DNA of 64,000 nt from the human T2T-CHM13v2.0 reference genome, Homo sapiens. The stretch lies in the NCBI RefSeq assembly GCF_009914755.1, contig NC_060925.1. One strand, given 5' to 3'. The translations under genes were made by a program, and so were the position numbers. Under the pieces are notes generated by a model that saw nothing but the letters and a program-made list of their open reading frames with translations, was not told the origin of the DNA and ran no database searches. Below are positions 51,850 to 64,000 of this stretch, piece after piece. Each line of letters opens with the position of its first letter. Position 1 is the stretch's first letter.

Positions 51850-53908
51850 GAAATTCCGCTTGTAGGCAAGGTGGTAACAAGGGTAGGGTTTGCCTTCTCA
51901 TGTAAAACAACCCCACTCCCCCCAAAAAAACAGACAAAATATATAAAACAATGGTTTTTAAAACAGTGGATATGAAGCAACAATGGTTTGTATTGTTTCT
52001 CAAAGAACAATAGTCATCTTTGAGAAACAAGCAAGGTGGGCCCTACCATTGCCCCCAACTTACTGCTTGAGAATTTCCATGCCTCAGCACAGGGAGGGAG
52101 GATCTGGTGGACTCCCTGAATAGTAGAGTCAGAGCTGAGAGTCCCAGGAGAGCAAAACTACTAGAGTTCACAGGAAAGGGTACTGGAGAGAAAGACAGCA
52201 CTGCACAAAGAGAGAATTCTAGAAATCTGTGACAGTTTCCCAGTGAACAATGAGTGCATATGTGTGAAGAAACTACATGAGGCCAGGGAAAGACCCGTCA
52301 GAGTCCAGTACTCACACAGGATCAGAAACAGTATCTGTTCCTACCAGCCAACTTGAAAAAAAAATCATAATTCGCAGGGCATTGGGTAGAGCACTCAGAA
52401 GAATCTTCTCTTAGTTATGGGGAATAATTTGCTCTAGACCACAAGCTGCTCTGATCCTGCCTAACAGATCTTAAAATAAAGACCCAAAAGGATCAAAATG
52501 TTTCCAAGTAACTTAACTGCATCCCAGAACAAATCTCAAGAATACTTAAAGAAATATAAAAATATCCAGCTCCAAACAAGGTAAAATTCACAATGTCTGG
52601 AATTCAGTCAAAAACTACAAAGCATGTAAAAATGCAGAAAAATAGGACCCACATTGAGAAGACGCATATTCATTAGGAACTGAAACAGATATTAGAATTA
52701 GGAAATATAGACAATAAATAGTTATGACTGTATTCTCTCTGTTGAAAAAATTAAGTAGAGTCATGGAAGACATAAATAAGGATCAAAATTAAACTTCCAG
52801 AAGTGAAAACTGCAATGTCTGAGAGAAAAATTCAATGGAGTAAATTAAAGACAGACTAGACCTTGCAAAAAAATAGTAAAGTTGAAAAAAATCGAAACTA
52901 TTCAAAATGAGACACAGGAAAAAAAGAAATTTTAAAATGAAAAGAACATCAGTGATCTACAGGACAACCTCAAGAAACCTAATATATGTATAATGGCAGT
53001 CCCTGAAGGAGTAGCGATGCAGAAAAATTATTTGAAGAAATAATGGCCGCAAATTTTTCCAACTTTGATGAGAACTATAAACTCATAGATGCAAGAAGCT
53101 CAATGAACCCCAAATACAAGAAAAATTAAGAAAATTACCCCAAGGCACATCACAATCCAATTTCTCAAAATCTGTAATAAAAGAAAAATCTTAAAAGCAG
53201 TCATAGAGAAAAGAAATGTTATAAAAAGAGAAACAAAGATAAGGTGAAAAAGGAGTTCTAAAGAGAAATAATGAAGCCAGGAGACAATGGAGCAGCATCT
53301 TTAAAGTATAAAAAGAAATCTGCTCAACCTAGAATCTTATACCCAATGAAAATATCTTTCAAAGGTGAAGACAAAATAACTCTTTTTCTGACATATAAAA
53401 GCCAAAATAATTCACCACCAGCAGAATAGCACTATAAAAAAATTGAAGGAAGTCCTTCAGTCAGAAGGAAAATGAAACCAAATGGAAATATAAATCCTCA
53501 CAATGGAATGAAGAATACCAGATTTATAAGATTTTAAAAATATGATTTAAATCTCTTTAAAGGATAGTTGATTGTTTAAATGAAAATAATAACAATGTTT
53601 TATGAAGTTTACAAGTAAAATGTATGACTAAATTAGCATAAAGGCAAGGAGGAAAAAAGGGAGGTACACTATTTTAAGGTTTTATACTACATGTGAAGTG
53701 CTGCAACAACGCTTGAAAGCAGACTGCAATGTTAAAGATGTATACTATAAACCCTAAGGTAACCATTAAAATTACACACCAAGGAGCTGATAAGACAACA
53801 AAAGAAATAAAATAAGAGTCACTTAAAAAACTATCCAAAAGCTACTGCCCAAAAAATGATAGACTGAAACCTAACCACATCAATAATTACATTAAATGTA
53901 AATGGCTT
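51850..53908 (+). mobile_element. Ancient L1M 5' portion: 5' UTR, decayed ORF1, inter-ORF and first codons of ORF2
   Basis: A-rich sense strand; ORF1 motifs (tttgaagaaataatggc, ctagaatcttataccca..aaatatctttcaaa, ttcaccaccagcaga); ends at attacattaaatgtaaatggc = ITLNVNG, the start of the ORF2 endonuclease. Confidence 0.85.
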
Positions 53909-54193
53909 CCGTCTCCCTTAGCCTGTTGAAATGAACTTCTGAAAAGTACTCATCCCTCATTATCTGGATTCAGCCCTCAAAGCCATCCTCTGAGATAGAC
54001 AGATCACAGGTTATTGTCTCCTACCACAGATTAGGAAACTAGGACCACCTGAGGAAAAGTGACTTGCTCAGGTCAACAGTAAATTAGCAAATGAATCCTC
54101 AGTCTTCCCAATCCTAAGAAGAAGCTGCTTCAACCAAGCCCTTAAATAGACTCTTCACTTCAGAAACTCATTTATTCCCACCTACTTCTACTC

Positions 54194-54197
<4 letters not shown>

Positions 54198-54242
<45 letters not shown>

Positions 54243-54301
54243 ATCTCCCACCACCCCCTACCCCCCTGCACCACCACCCCGCCCCCCGCCCCCCACCCCC
54301 T
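54198..54301. repeat. (CT)n tract followed by a C-run cluster
   Basis: (CT)~19 then multiple C4-C6 runs. Confidence 0.92.
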
Positions 54302-55114
54302 GCCCTTCTCAAAAGAAGAAATACAATTTGGCATGAATTAATGATAAGCCTGCTTGGCCAATTACCAGAGCTAAGTGCTGTCCTGCTGGGAGTGGCTCCC
54401 ACAAAGCACTAAGTGATGTTGGACTAGCCAAGGGGCCCCGCCCAGCCAGGCCTAAGGCCCTCCTGGGTCCAGGCTTAGAGGAAGCAGCTTTCCAATTAGC
54501 TCTTGCCAGACAGACTGGCTTCTCTGCACAGCAAATTGGGTTACAGAGCTCTCCTCCAGCTGTTCTCCTTGTCTGGTCCCCTCCGCCCCAGCAAAGAGGA
54601 TGCTAATCAACTGTAGGCCAAGCCTGCAGATTTCAAGCACCCATGGAGAAAGGTATGTGCAAACCCAGACCCTGTCCCAATAAGGTGGCATTCCATAAGC
54701 CAGTAGATATGCCCTATACCAGTCAGACAATGGCCTCAGAGCCCTGAAATCCAGGCTTTTGAGCTAGTCACAGAAAGCAGTGCCTAAAGGAAAGAAGCTG
54801 AAGTCCTACACTTTCTGCCTGCCCATAGCTATCTCCCGCTCCCACCTCCCACCCCCACAATAAGGCAGTGTTAGGGCTGCCCCCTTGCCATCAGGCCGGG
54901 TTTTCTTTTTCTAATTTCCTTCTCCTCTAGCAATTCAAAGATAGCCCAGCTTGCTCTTTAAACCTGGAGAGAAGTGCTGAGGAGAGGGGAGCCAGGGACC
55001 TCAACATGAAGCGTCCTGGACCCTGCATCCCCTCTTTCTGGGCCAGCCTGAGTTCTAGCCCAGAGCTGGCATCCACTGTCCCCATGTCTCCAATATAAGG
55101 GCCTGGCCTGCTCT

Positions 55115-55133
55115 GCCACTCCCCCTAGTGGGC
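55115..55133 (-). promoter_or_regulatory. CTCF-like motif
   Basis: gccactccccctagtgggc matches the core of GCGCCCCCTAGTGG. Confidence 0.4.
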
Positions 55134-57539
55134 ATTGCCACCTGACAGCACTGAACTTTCCCCCACAGAGAGTAAAAACACAGCACTTCACAGTTTACAA
55201 AATAATTTCAGAGACATTGTTTAACTTGATCCTCACAACTACTCTACTAGGTATGATGAGCAAGGGTTGTTATTCCCATTTAAGAGGTCAGGAAACAAAT
55301 TTAGACAGGTGAAGAGAGAACTCAGAACCAGTTTGAAGCAGAGCTGGTCCTGAAGCTCAGGCTTCTCTCCAACCCACTGCTGCACTGGGGAGCATTCTCA
55401 GGTCCCCTTCATGGACAGTGTACCACTATTTGACTCAGAGCAATAGGGAAGGGTCTTAGCACAATTTACCCACATATCCATCCAACCATTCACCCATGCA
55501 GCACATATTTGTCAGCAGCTACCGTGATCAAGGTACTAGGGACACCAAAGTGAATTAAACCAAGTGTCTGCCTTCAGGGAGCCCACAGACTTGTTGGGAA
55601 AATAAACAGATAATGACAACACAGTGTGAACAGTATAATGATGGAGGTGCCCCCAGAGACTGGGAGGTGCTCAGGGCAGGCTCCTTGCCCAGAAGAGAGG
55701 TGACACCTGAACCAAGAAGAAGAACAAGTAGGAATTCACTAAGCAAAGATGGAAGGGTGGGCAGATGGAGAACATCCCAGGCAGAAGGAACTATAAAGAA
55801 AAGTGAAATCACAAGATGCCTTCAGGAAACTTTTCAGTAGTGCTGTAGCCTGGAGCATGAGGGGGCATAGAGGCATGGCATGGGGCTGAGATGTGGCAGG
55901 GCCAGACCATAAGCATTCATGCATGCCCAGCTGTTCAGGTCAAGTCTTTGCCAGGATGCAGGCTCTGCAAGGTGCTGGCTGCAATCCCACTAGCCAGGTT
56001 TATGGCCAAATGTTCTCATATCAGCCAGGGGGCTGAGCAGAGACAGGGCCTTTGGGGAGTGAGCAGCTGGTGATGCTGGAAAGTGTCTGCCAAGAGAATT
56101 CAGCTGAGAACACTTCCCATTCCCAAGAGGTCAAAGAGCCCTGTTGCTCCTCCCTAGTGGAGGCCCTGAGATCACACTGTCATTCATAATTCACTCAGCA
56201 AACACTCATTGGGCCTCTGCTTGTGCCAGGCTCTGAGCTAAGCTCTGGGGACACAAAAATAAAAAGGCATGGTCTCTGCCCTTGAGGAATGCACGGTTCT
56301 GGAGTGGAAGAACAGACTTGGAAGTTATTGCAGTACAGTGAGAGATGGGCAAAGAAGGGGAGCAGAAAATCCTTTATGGGAGCCAAAAAGGAGGGGGTGT
56401 TGAGCTAGGTTTTAGAGGATGGGTTAGAGTCTGTCATGTAGGAAAGGGCAGTCTAGAAAGTAGGAAGAGTGTATGAAGCATAGGCCATAAAGGGGCATTG
56501 AGGCGCAGGAGAAGTGGCTGTGTGTTGGGGTAGATTGTGGGAGATCAGACCAAAAGAAACTGGTTTTTACAGGCTGAGCAGGGATGTTCTCCTAAGGTCA
56601 GGTTTGGGTTTTATAAAGATGACTCTGGCAAAAAGAGTGACAAGCTGGGGGCTGAAGCAGAAGGATTAGGTCTGAGAAGCTAAGACAGAGTTGACAGGGC
56701 CAGGGAACTAACTGACTGACTATGTGAGGAGAGACATTCATTTGTATCTTGCTTTTTAAAATTGCCATGCTTAGCTAAGTGAACCTCTTCTGCAATGCAA
56801 ATGTGAGGATTCAATAAGCTAAGGTAAGTGAAAGCCCACTGTACAAACCCCCACCCCTACACCCAGTGGGTATGGAGTCAACATTCAATAAGGCTCTGCT
56901 ATAGCTGACTCTCTACATGATGCAGTGAATGAGTAATGAATGAACAAATGAATGAGAAAATTGATGGCCTATGGGTCCCCCAGCACGCAGCATCAGAACC
57001 ACACAAGTCTCTATGCCCCACCAGAAGTTCTCAGAAAAGAAGGCCGGCTTAGTGGTGTGTGTTTCTCAGAGACACCCTCGGGGAAAGTCAATCTCAGCAG
57101 CTGCCTAGGGGTTTGAGGTCCAGCTGACTCTCCTTGGAGGATCTGGCCTTCATTCTTTTGGCAGATGTAAGGCAGTGGAGGAGTGATATGTCTGTGCCTG
57201 ACTCTGGGAAGCCCTCATATCTGGGATACAGGTTTGGGCCTGGCTATACCAGCCTCACTGTGCAAATATCAATAAGACAGAAGACAACATGTGAGAAACA
57301 GAATAAAGCTCAGGGTAGTAATTGACATCATCTAGTCACCTACTACGCAGAGGCCTCCTGCTAGGTACATTATTTCTATTATCTCATTAAACATAGCAAT
57401 CCTGGAAAAAGGAGGATTTATCCATATTTACTGATTAGGAAACTGAAGCATAGAGAGATGTAGCTTTTCCTAGGTCATACAACAATATTCTGGACCAAGT
57501 CCATCAATTTGTCTATTCTTGAAGCAACACATTACAGAA

Positions 57540-57970
57540 AGTTGGAAACAAAGTAAAAGAACTTACAATTTCATCATCCCAACACAGCAACTATTATTTT
57601 GCTTATCTCCTGCATGTTTGGTACATACTTGAGATTTTATTATTCATACAATTTGGTTTTTACTTTTCTCCTTATTTAACATTATATCATAAGCATTCTT
57701 TCAGATTACTATGTTGCCTTCAGAACCATTATTTTTCATGGCTACAGACTGTCAAATTGAGTGTAAACACCGGATTTTATTCAACCATTTCCAATGGTTA
57801 GGTACTTAAATTGCTTCCAATCATTTGATATTATAAATAATCAATCTTTTCTTTTATTTAGAATTGTCTTATTTTGGAAAGATTATTTCCTTAGAGCAGA
57901 CGCCCAGAAACAGAAATACTAACACAAAAGGTATGAACATTTTTAAGTCTTTTGATACTTGCTACCAAAT
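57540..57970 (-). mobile_element. Old L1ME-type 3' fragment
   Basis: atttaacattatatcataagcattc..tttattcaacca..ttgcttccaa..tatttccttag..gtatgaacatttttaag. Confidence 0.7.
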
Positions 57971-58169
57971 ACCTTTCTTGTGGGGCCTTTCTCCTTCTCC
58001 CCCGTGTCTGGGTGCCTGATTTACCTCTCCCTCTCTCTGGTCCCCCTGGCAGAGGCACAACAACCCCCGGACCCTGTCTCCTCATCTATGAGATGGAGTG
58101 AATGACCCTCCTCTGCCAACCTCGTAGGCTGGAGAAAAAGTGATTCAAGACCCTATGACAGGCAATACC

Positions 58170-58380
58170 ACAGAGTGGCTAAACAGCATAATGTTGGTGC
58201 CAGACTACCTAGGTTTGAAGCCCTGATCTCCTACTCCAGAAGCTGTGTAACCTTGGGCAGGTTACTTAACTTCTCTGTACCTCAATGTCCTTATCTGAAA
58301 AACAAGAGTGATGAAAGTAATAGCAACTTTTTAGGGCTGTGGATGAGGCTTTAAAGAACTATTTTATGCAGAAATCATGT
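58170..58380 (+). mobile_element. MIR SINE
   Basis: gccagactacctaggtttgaa..gctgtgtaaccttgggcaggttacttaacttctctgtacctca. Confidence 0.85.
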
Positions 58381-59559
58381 AAGGAGAGCTGTGGTTATTA
58401 TAAAGGTGATGTCTGATGTGGAAGGCAGCACTAGCAGAAAAAGCTTCAGCATTCCTTCCCACAGGGGCTGCCCCGAGGGAAGGGGGCAAGAGCCAGGTGC
58501 CTAACAGGCTTTTTGTAGAAACAGCTGATCAGCTCTAATGGCAATGACCACTACTCCCTCCCTGCAGCCTCCCCAGTGCGGGGTCTCAGTCTCTCTTGCC
58601 CGCCCCACCCACCACCACCACCTCCGCCCTCTGGCTGCTGTGGCCAGATCTTATCCCTTTTTCATCAGGCTGCCTAACTGACCGGAAAATGTAAACGCAT
58701 CCCTAAACGCATGCAACTGCTCCCCACCCCCCAGCACTCTCCCCCTTTCCGGGAAGCCAGGCCCCAGCACCAGCCTGACAAGCAGCACTTAATTCTTTAT
58801 TGAAAACCATTAACTGGAGTTCAGTTCCCTGAGCCCCAGTTTCAAATTACTCACAGGAAACGCCAGACCGGGAGAGTGGCTTTCAAGGGCAGAGCCATCT
58901 CCTCTAACAGACTGGCTCCAGAACCCTGGCTATGAGGAATTTTTTTATTTTGAGAGGCAATAACAACAACAAGGACACAGAAACAGCAGCAATAGCTTCA
59001 ACCCCTACCACGCATGAGAGCTGACAAAGCCCCCTCCTCTTCCTCTCTTATTAACAATAGCCCAGTGCAGCAGGTCTGGCAGGAAGTAGTGCCACTCCCT
59101 GATAGATGAGAAAACTGATGGCCTCGGGGTCACACAGGCAGGCAGAAATTGAACTGGGCTCCAGATCCCCCTGCCAGTGAGCCCACAACCCCGGCCCTTC
59201 ACAGACTTCACAGACCACCTACAGTGGGGCCTAACCTGTGGGAGGCACAGCAGGGGAGACAGGTGAAAAAGATGCGACACCTGCCTTGAGAAGCTACCTG
59301 ATTGGGAGAGGGACGATGAAAAAGAGTCCTAGACTAGAGCCTCAGAAACCCTAGTTCTATGCTGGGTCTGCCACTAACTGCCTGGCACACTGTGGGTGTT
59401 AATTATCATTAATGGCACAGGCAGGAAGGAATAAGGCCAGGGGAAAATGGACAAGAGGAGTGAGGGAACGGAAAAACAAATGTGTCCTTGGTCACCTCTA
59501 TCAATATTTCTAGCCAACCTAAAAGAAACTGTATTCAGTCATTCATTTTGAATTGCCTG

Positions 59560-59760
59560 AGGTCTTGTATGTGCCAAGCACTGAGAAAGTACTTTACAAA
59601 TATTTCTTATTGAATTCTCCAAATAGCCTTTTGGAATAGGTACCATTATTATAACTATCACCATTGACCAATAAGGAAAGGGAGGCTCAGAGAGTTTAGG
59701 TAACTCATTCATGATTACACAGCAGTGTCAAGATTTGAACTCAGGTCAGCCTGACACCAA
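59560..59760 (-). mobile_element. MIR SINE
   Basis: gaggctcagagagtttaggtaact..acacagc..gatttgaactcaggtc. Confidence 0.8.
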
Positions 59761-61039
59761 GATTCCCACTGCTCATTGTGTTACTATTAATAGTATCATT
59801 ATGGTTCTATAAACAACTACACAGTGACCCAACAAGAGCAGAGAGAATAACAGGCCTGTGTGGGATGTCAAGGAAGTTTCCTCAGAAGCTGTAGAATCTG
59901 AGTTGAAGGATGGGTGAGACTCAGCCAAATGAAAAAGGCAGGGGAGAATGTTCCACGCAGGGACAGTAGCATAGGCCAGGGCCAGGAAGTATCAAAAGAC
60001 ACAGCATGTTAAGGCAAGTCATGAATTGCTGAAACATCTGAATTAAGCACAGAGAGTACAAAGGGACACTGGCCTCCAGGAGTGTACAGCCCCAGAGAGA
60101 TGGAAATATGTCAGATGACTTGATTTTTGAGGTGAACTGGGTAAGAATTTTTATCCAAGAACAAACAGTGTTCTGCTTGTGTATCTCACTCACCTCTTCC
60201 ATACAGCAGTCCTGAGAAGTAGCTGAACAAGGATGCCCTTGGCTGGGGCAGGCAAAGGGCTCTGGCCTCGGAGTCTAGGGGCCTGTTTCCCAGAGGTTGT
60301 GCTACTTACCCCCTCTGAATCTGGGTTTCCCTTCTCTACAAAGGGGTCACTGAGAGCCACTTCCTAGCACAGTAACTTCCAAGTTACTGTACTTTCCAGT
60401 AGCCTGGAAAGAATACATTGGGGTTTATTTTCATTTACTTCCTTTTAAAAATGTGGTCACTGAGGCTCAGAGACTTGTCTGCGGACACCTTCAGAAAATG
60501 CTTGATCTGAAATTTGATCTCAAATCTGATGGATTTCTCTGCCATGCTGTCACTTCCACCTACTGAGGCTAGTTTAGCCCTCTGAAGTCCAATACAATAA
60601 GCCTGCTTCTTCGTTCACAATACTCCCTTGGATGGATGAAGACAACAGCTGTGTCCCCAAATCTCCTCTTTCCAGCCAAACACTCCCAGATTTTCACCTA
60701 GTAGGATTTCCCAACCCTCAACAGGGCTTAGTTGCCCTTGAGGAAGAGACAGGAAAGAAGAACAATAGGAGTTGCCTAGTGCCCTGGCCAGGACTGAAGC
60801 ATCCCCATCCTCAGAACCAGCAGCCAGGCACAGAGAGTATCAGCTGCAGCTAACTCCCCATGGAAAACAGCAGTCACAGCCTGTTTGCCTTCTCCAGTCC
60901 ACAAACTGCCATGGCCAAGCTGGACACCAGCTTGGAAACCCAAGGGACCTGTCTCCATCCCAAACCTTGTCTCATCCCTGCCCCAGATGGCCCTTATTTG
61001 AGCTGGATCCATTTTCTTGGCCACCTTACTGAATGCGGT

Positions 61040-61930
61040 GCACACTCATTCAAGAAAATGCTGACCTCTGCTCCAAGCCGCCTTGTCGGCAGTTTCCCAG
61101 ACATAGCTCGACTGTTTATTTATTTATTTTTGTGTTAGCAAAAAGGAGAAAATCACATTGGCCTAAAATGAATACTAATGAAATGCTTTCGTTAGCGTCC
61201 TTTGTGATAAGAATGAAAAATCGGATTTCCGCAGAATCACAAGCTATACATTTCTTTTCCCCAACTTTTTTTTTTTTTTTTTTTTGCCCTTTCCTCTAAC
61301 AGAAAGATTAGGGACAGCCTGGAAGGAGAGTAAAGTCATTTCATTAAAAATATCTGCATTTTTAAGGGCGACTTTGTTGCAGAGGGACGTGGCTGTGCAA
61401 TTTCTCCAAACCCACTTTTCTCAGCCTGTAAAGCAAATGTACCTATTTGTCCTCTGCTGCAACAATGCCAGCTGCATTCAATCAACTGAGAAGCTGCAAG
61501 CCATAAACCTTCTTCCCCAGCTAAGGGGGGAAGGGGGGTGGGGAGAGGGAGCAAGCAAGAAAGGAGGCATGCCATAAAAATTCATCAGAATAATGTAGGG
61601 ATGAGACAAGCTCCGATCGCGGGCAAGCAATCAACCAATCACTCATTCCGTGGCATTTACAGCACGTCTCATTCCCCTGTTCCTTAAGGACAATTGATTT
61701 TTCCTGATTCCATTAGCATAACAGCGTGGAAAATGTCTGCAGTGCAATATTTCTGGAAAGTTCCAACAAGTGGGCTGGGCACTGGAGTGTGACCATCTCC
61801 ATAAAGCTTCCTTAGGCTCTGCGGCAGACGCTGTCATAGCCGCCACAAAAGGCCCAGAGAGAATGACGCAGTCTCCAAAATTTGGGGGCCAAGGGCACCT
61901 CAGGGGTGTCAAAGAAGGTAATTGGCACCG
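61040..61930. promoter_or_regulatory. Extended candidate conserved regulatory block
   Basis: About 900 bp repeat-free with retained CpGs; CTTTGTGATAAG 61200-61211, CAATCAACCAATCA 61628-61641, TGTTTATT, TGACGCA, CTGTCA. Confidence 0.5.
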
Positions 61931-62239
61931 ACATGAAACCTCTTATCTTCTTGTCCCTGAACACAGAAGCACTCTCTTCTGCAAGATGTGATATCATGGG
62001 GTGGTAAGAAGCAAGTAAAACCCACCTCGCCTAGGAGTGACTATGTCACACATACTGAGTCCATTTGTAACCTTCTAAAGCTCCTGCACTTAGAAGCTGA
62101 GGAAAGAATGCTTATTGTGATTACTCCTTTGTGTGTGAACAAGAAGGCTGCAGGGGTAGGTGCCCAGGGGCTTTACTCTGCTTTTCTGTCAGCTAGGTCT
62201 CCACCACATTCTCCACTGAGACCACATATGCATAAGAAG

Positions 62240-62470
62240 GGAATGTGAGGCATTTGGAACCATGCAGACCCGGGTTCAAATCCTGCCTCTTCCTTTTATT
62301 TGTGTGTTTGGCCATGGGCCACAGGTAATTAACCTCTCTAATCCTCAGTTTCTTGTTATAAAATATGAAGACCTCATTACTTCACAGGTTGTTGGGAGAA
62401 TTAAATGAGACTATGTAAAAAGCACTTAGCATAGTGCTGATGCGTAACAACAGCTCAACAAATCAGATTC
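62240..62470 (+). mobile_element. MIR SINE
   Basis: cagacccgggttcaaatcctgcctct..taacctctctaatcctcagtttct..gaattaaatgaga..aagcacttagcatagtgc. Confidence 0.85.
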
Positions 62471-64000
62471 TCCTCCTTCCCTGTTTCTCTGCATTTCATT
62501 TTCCTCCTGCCCACCAGCAATATAATTCCCTCAGTATCAGCTTCTGCTGGTCAAGAAAGTGAAACTTTCCAATGCCAAAAGAAAACATATAAAACACAGA
62601 ATATTTCCATCTGCTTTTGCAAGCAAGATTAAAACCTGGCTATGCCTTTTTAAATGTGCTTTGGGAGACTTCTTCTTATTCAGTCTCCTGAGTCATTCCC
62701 TATCTCTTCTCTCACCCCTCCTCTATTCTCACATTACACCAGAAATCTCTCTAAAACACACGTGACCTTGTCACACCCCCGCTTAAAACCCCTCAGTAGC
62801 TCCTCACTGCCATCTTCTGTCTTCAAGATTCACCTCAGGCTGTGTCTCCTCCAGGAAGCCTTCTTTGACCCTCACTCTCCTTTAGGATCCCACAACCCCT
62901 GTGCACATTCTCACACTCTGTGTCCATGCTTTGTCCATCCTAGACTGTGGGCTCCTTACGGGCAGTTTTCTAGTTCCATGTCCCCAGAACCTGTCATCTC
63001 ACCTTACGTTTAGTAGATGTTCAGTTGATGTTTGTTGAGAAAACCAACTTACAAAGGCAGTGCTGATCTCATCACCAAGGCTCTAGGTTTATTTAGCTCA
63101 GTGTTTACGGAAGGCAGTGTGGGTGCTGGCCGTGGTCCTGAATCTGTAGGGGCTGAGGAGAGAAAATGTAATCAAGAAAACTTGGGTGTGGTGAATACAG
63201 TCCTTATTCATTCAAATAACCTCCAGACAGATGGCATTTTGTTTGGAAAGTGGAAGGAGGGCAGGGATTCCGGAAACTTCAGTTTCAGTCCTGGCTCTGC
63301 TGTGAACTCTCTACTCAAGACAAAAATCTTTCTGGATTTCCGTTTTTTCATACGTCAAGTGGAAATAAAACCTGACCCTCCCATGTCACAAGATTGTTCT
63401 AAAGAATACAAAAGATGATGTCTGTGAATCTCTTTGTAATCTTTTTTAAAGTGCTTGCCATGGAAGACCTCAAAGATTCCTCCCAGCCCTTTCAGTGCTC
63501 ACTGGTTGAGAGTTATCTACACTGACCACCTCCAATTCTTCACCTCCAGCTTGCTCCTTGGTTCACTCCCATGTGGCTTCTGGACTCATCATCCTGACAA
63601 AACAACTCTCAATAATGACCTCATGCTGCTAAACCTATTCTTCAATCCTCATTATACTTGCTCTCCTAGGACTATGTTTTTAGCACTCCAGCACTTACCC
63701 CAGGATATAATTATACATTCATTTATGTGCCTGTTTTATTAATACTTTCTCTTTAACTAGACTCCATGAGGACCCAGAGTTCCATGAGTGAACTCCATGA
63801 GGCTACAAACTGTGTCTGGTTTTGCTTGTCATTGCACTCCCAGGTCCTAGTAAAATGATCACAAGAAGCAGCCTCCCCCATGACTTGGAAGGTAGGCAAT
63901 GTGCCCAGAGCAGACCTGGCCATGTCCAACACTGGCAGATACCAAAAGAAATCCTGGAACCTCTATGGAAGTCCCAGATTCAACCTTCCTGTGCTCCACT

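Noticed and set aside
55090-55100. CArG (SRF) box
   Set aside because: CCAATATAAGG has seven A/T bases rather than six.
61266-61285. T20 run as a second poly(A)-only insertion
   Set aside because: No duplicated flanks, unlike 4905-4945.

Overview
Primate (human-like) non-coding genomic DNA, dominated by mammalian/primate interspersed repeats: many MIR and L2 fossils, six Alus, a 5'-truncated L1PA, older L1M fragments, two complete MaLR elements (MSTA-type at ~6.6-9.7 kb, THE1C-type at 16832-19139), several solo LTRs, hAT fossils and microsatellites. I find no credible protein-coding gene, RNA gene or CRISPR-like array; the long ORFs fall in L1, MaLR-internal, Alu or simple-repeat sequence. 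Between the repeats are about nine repeat-free islands rich in homeobox motifs and retained CpGs that look like conserved enhancers, suggesting a regulatory gene desert or long intron; I cannot name the locus. The most notable observations are: (1) an exact 138-bp non-tandem duplication carrying a perfect 31-bp palindrome, plus other local templated copies; (2) a poly(A)-only insertion with a perfect 12-bp target-site duplication (TSD) at an L1 endonuclease site; (3) a consensus branch point/acceptor followed 5 nt later by a consensus donor, and a nearby AG|GTGAG recursive-splice-like exon; (4) two Alus inserted tail-to-tail about 20 bp apart; (5) an intact DUX4 motif, TATA and splice donor in a THE1 3' LTR. 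I see no evidence for a wholly new biological system. Repeat subfamily names come from recalled consensus sequences, not a search, and only representative MIR/L2 copies are listed.
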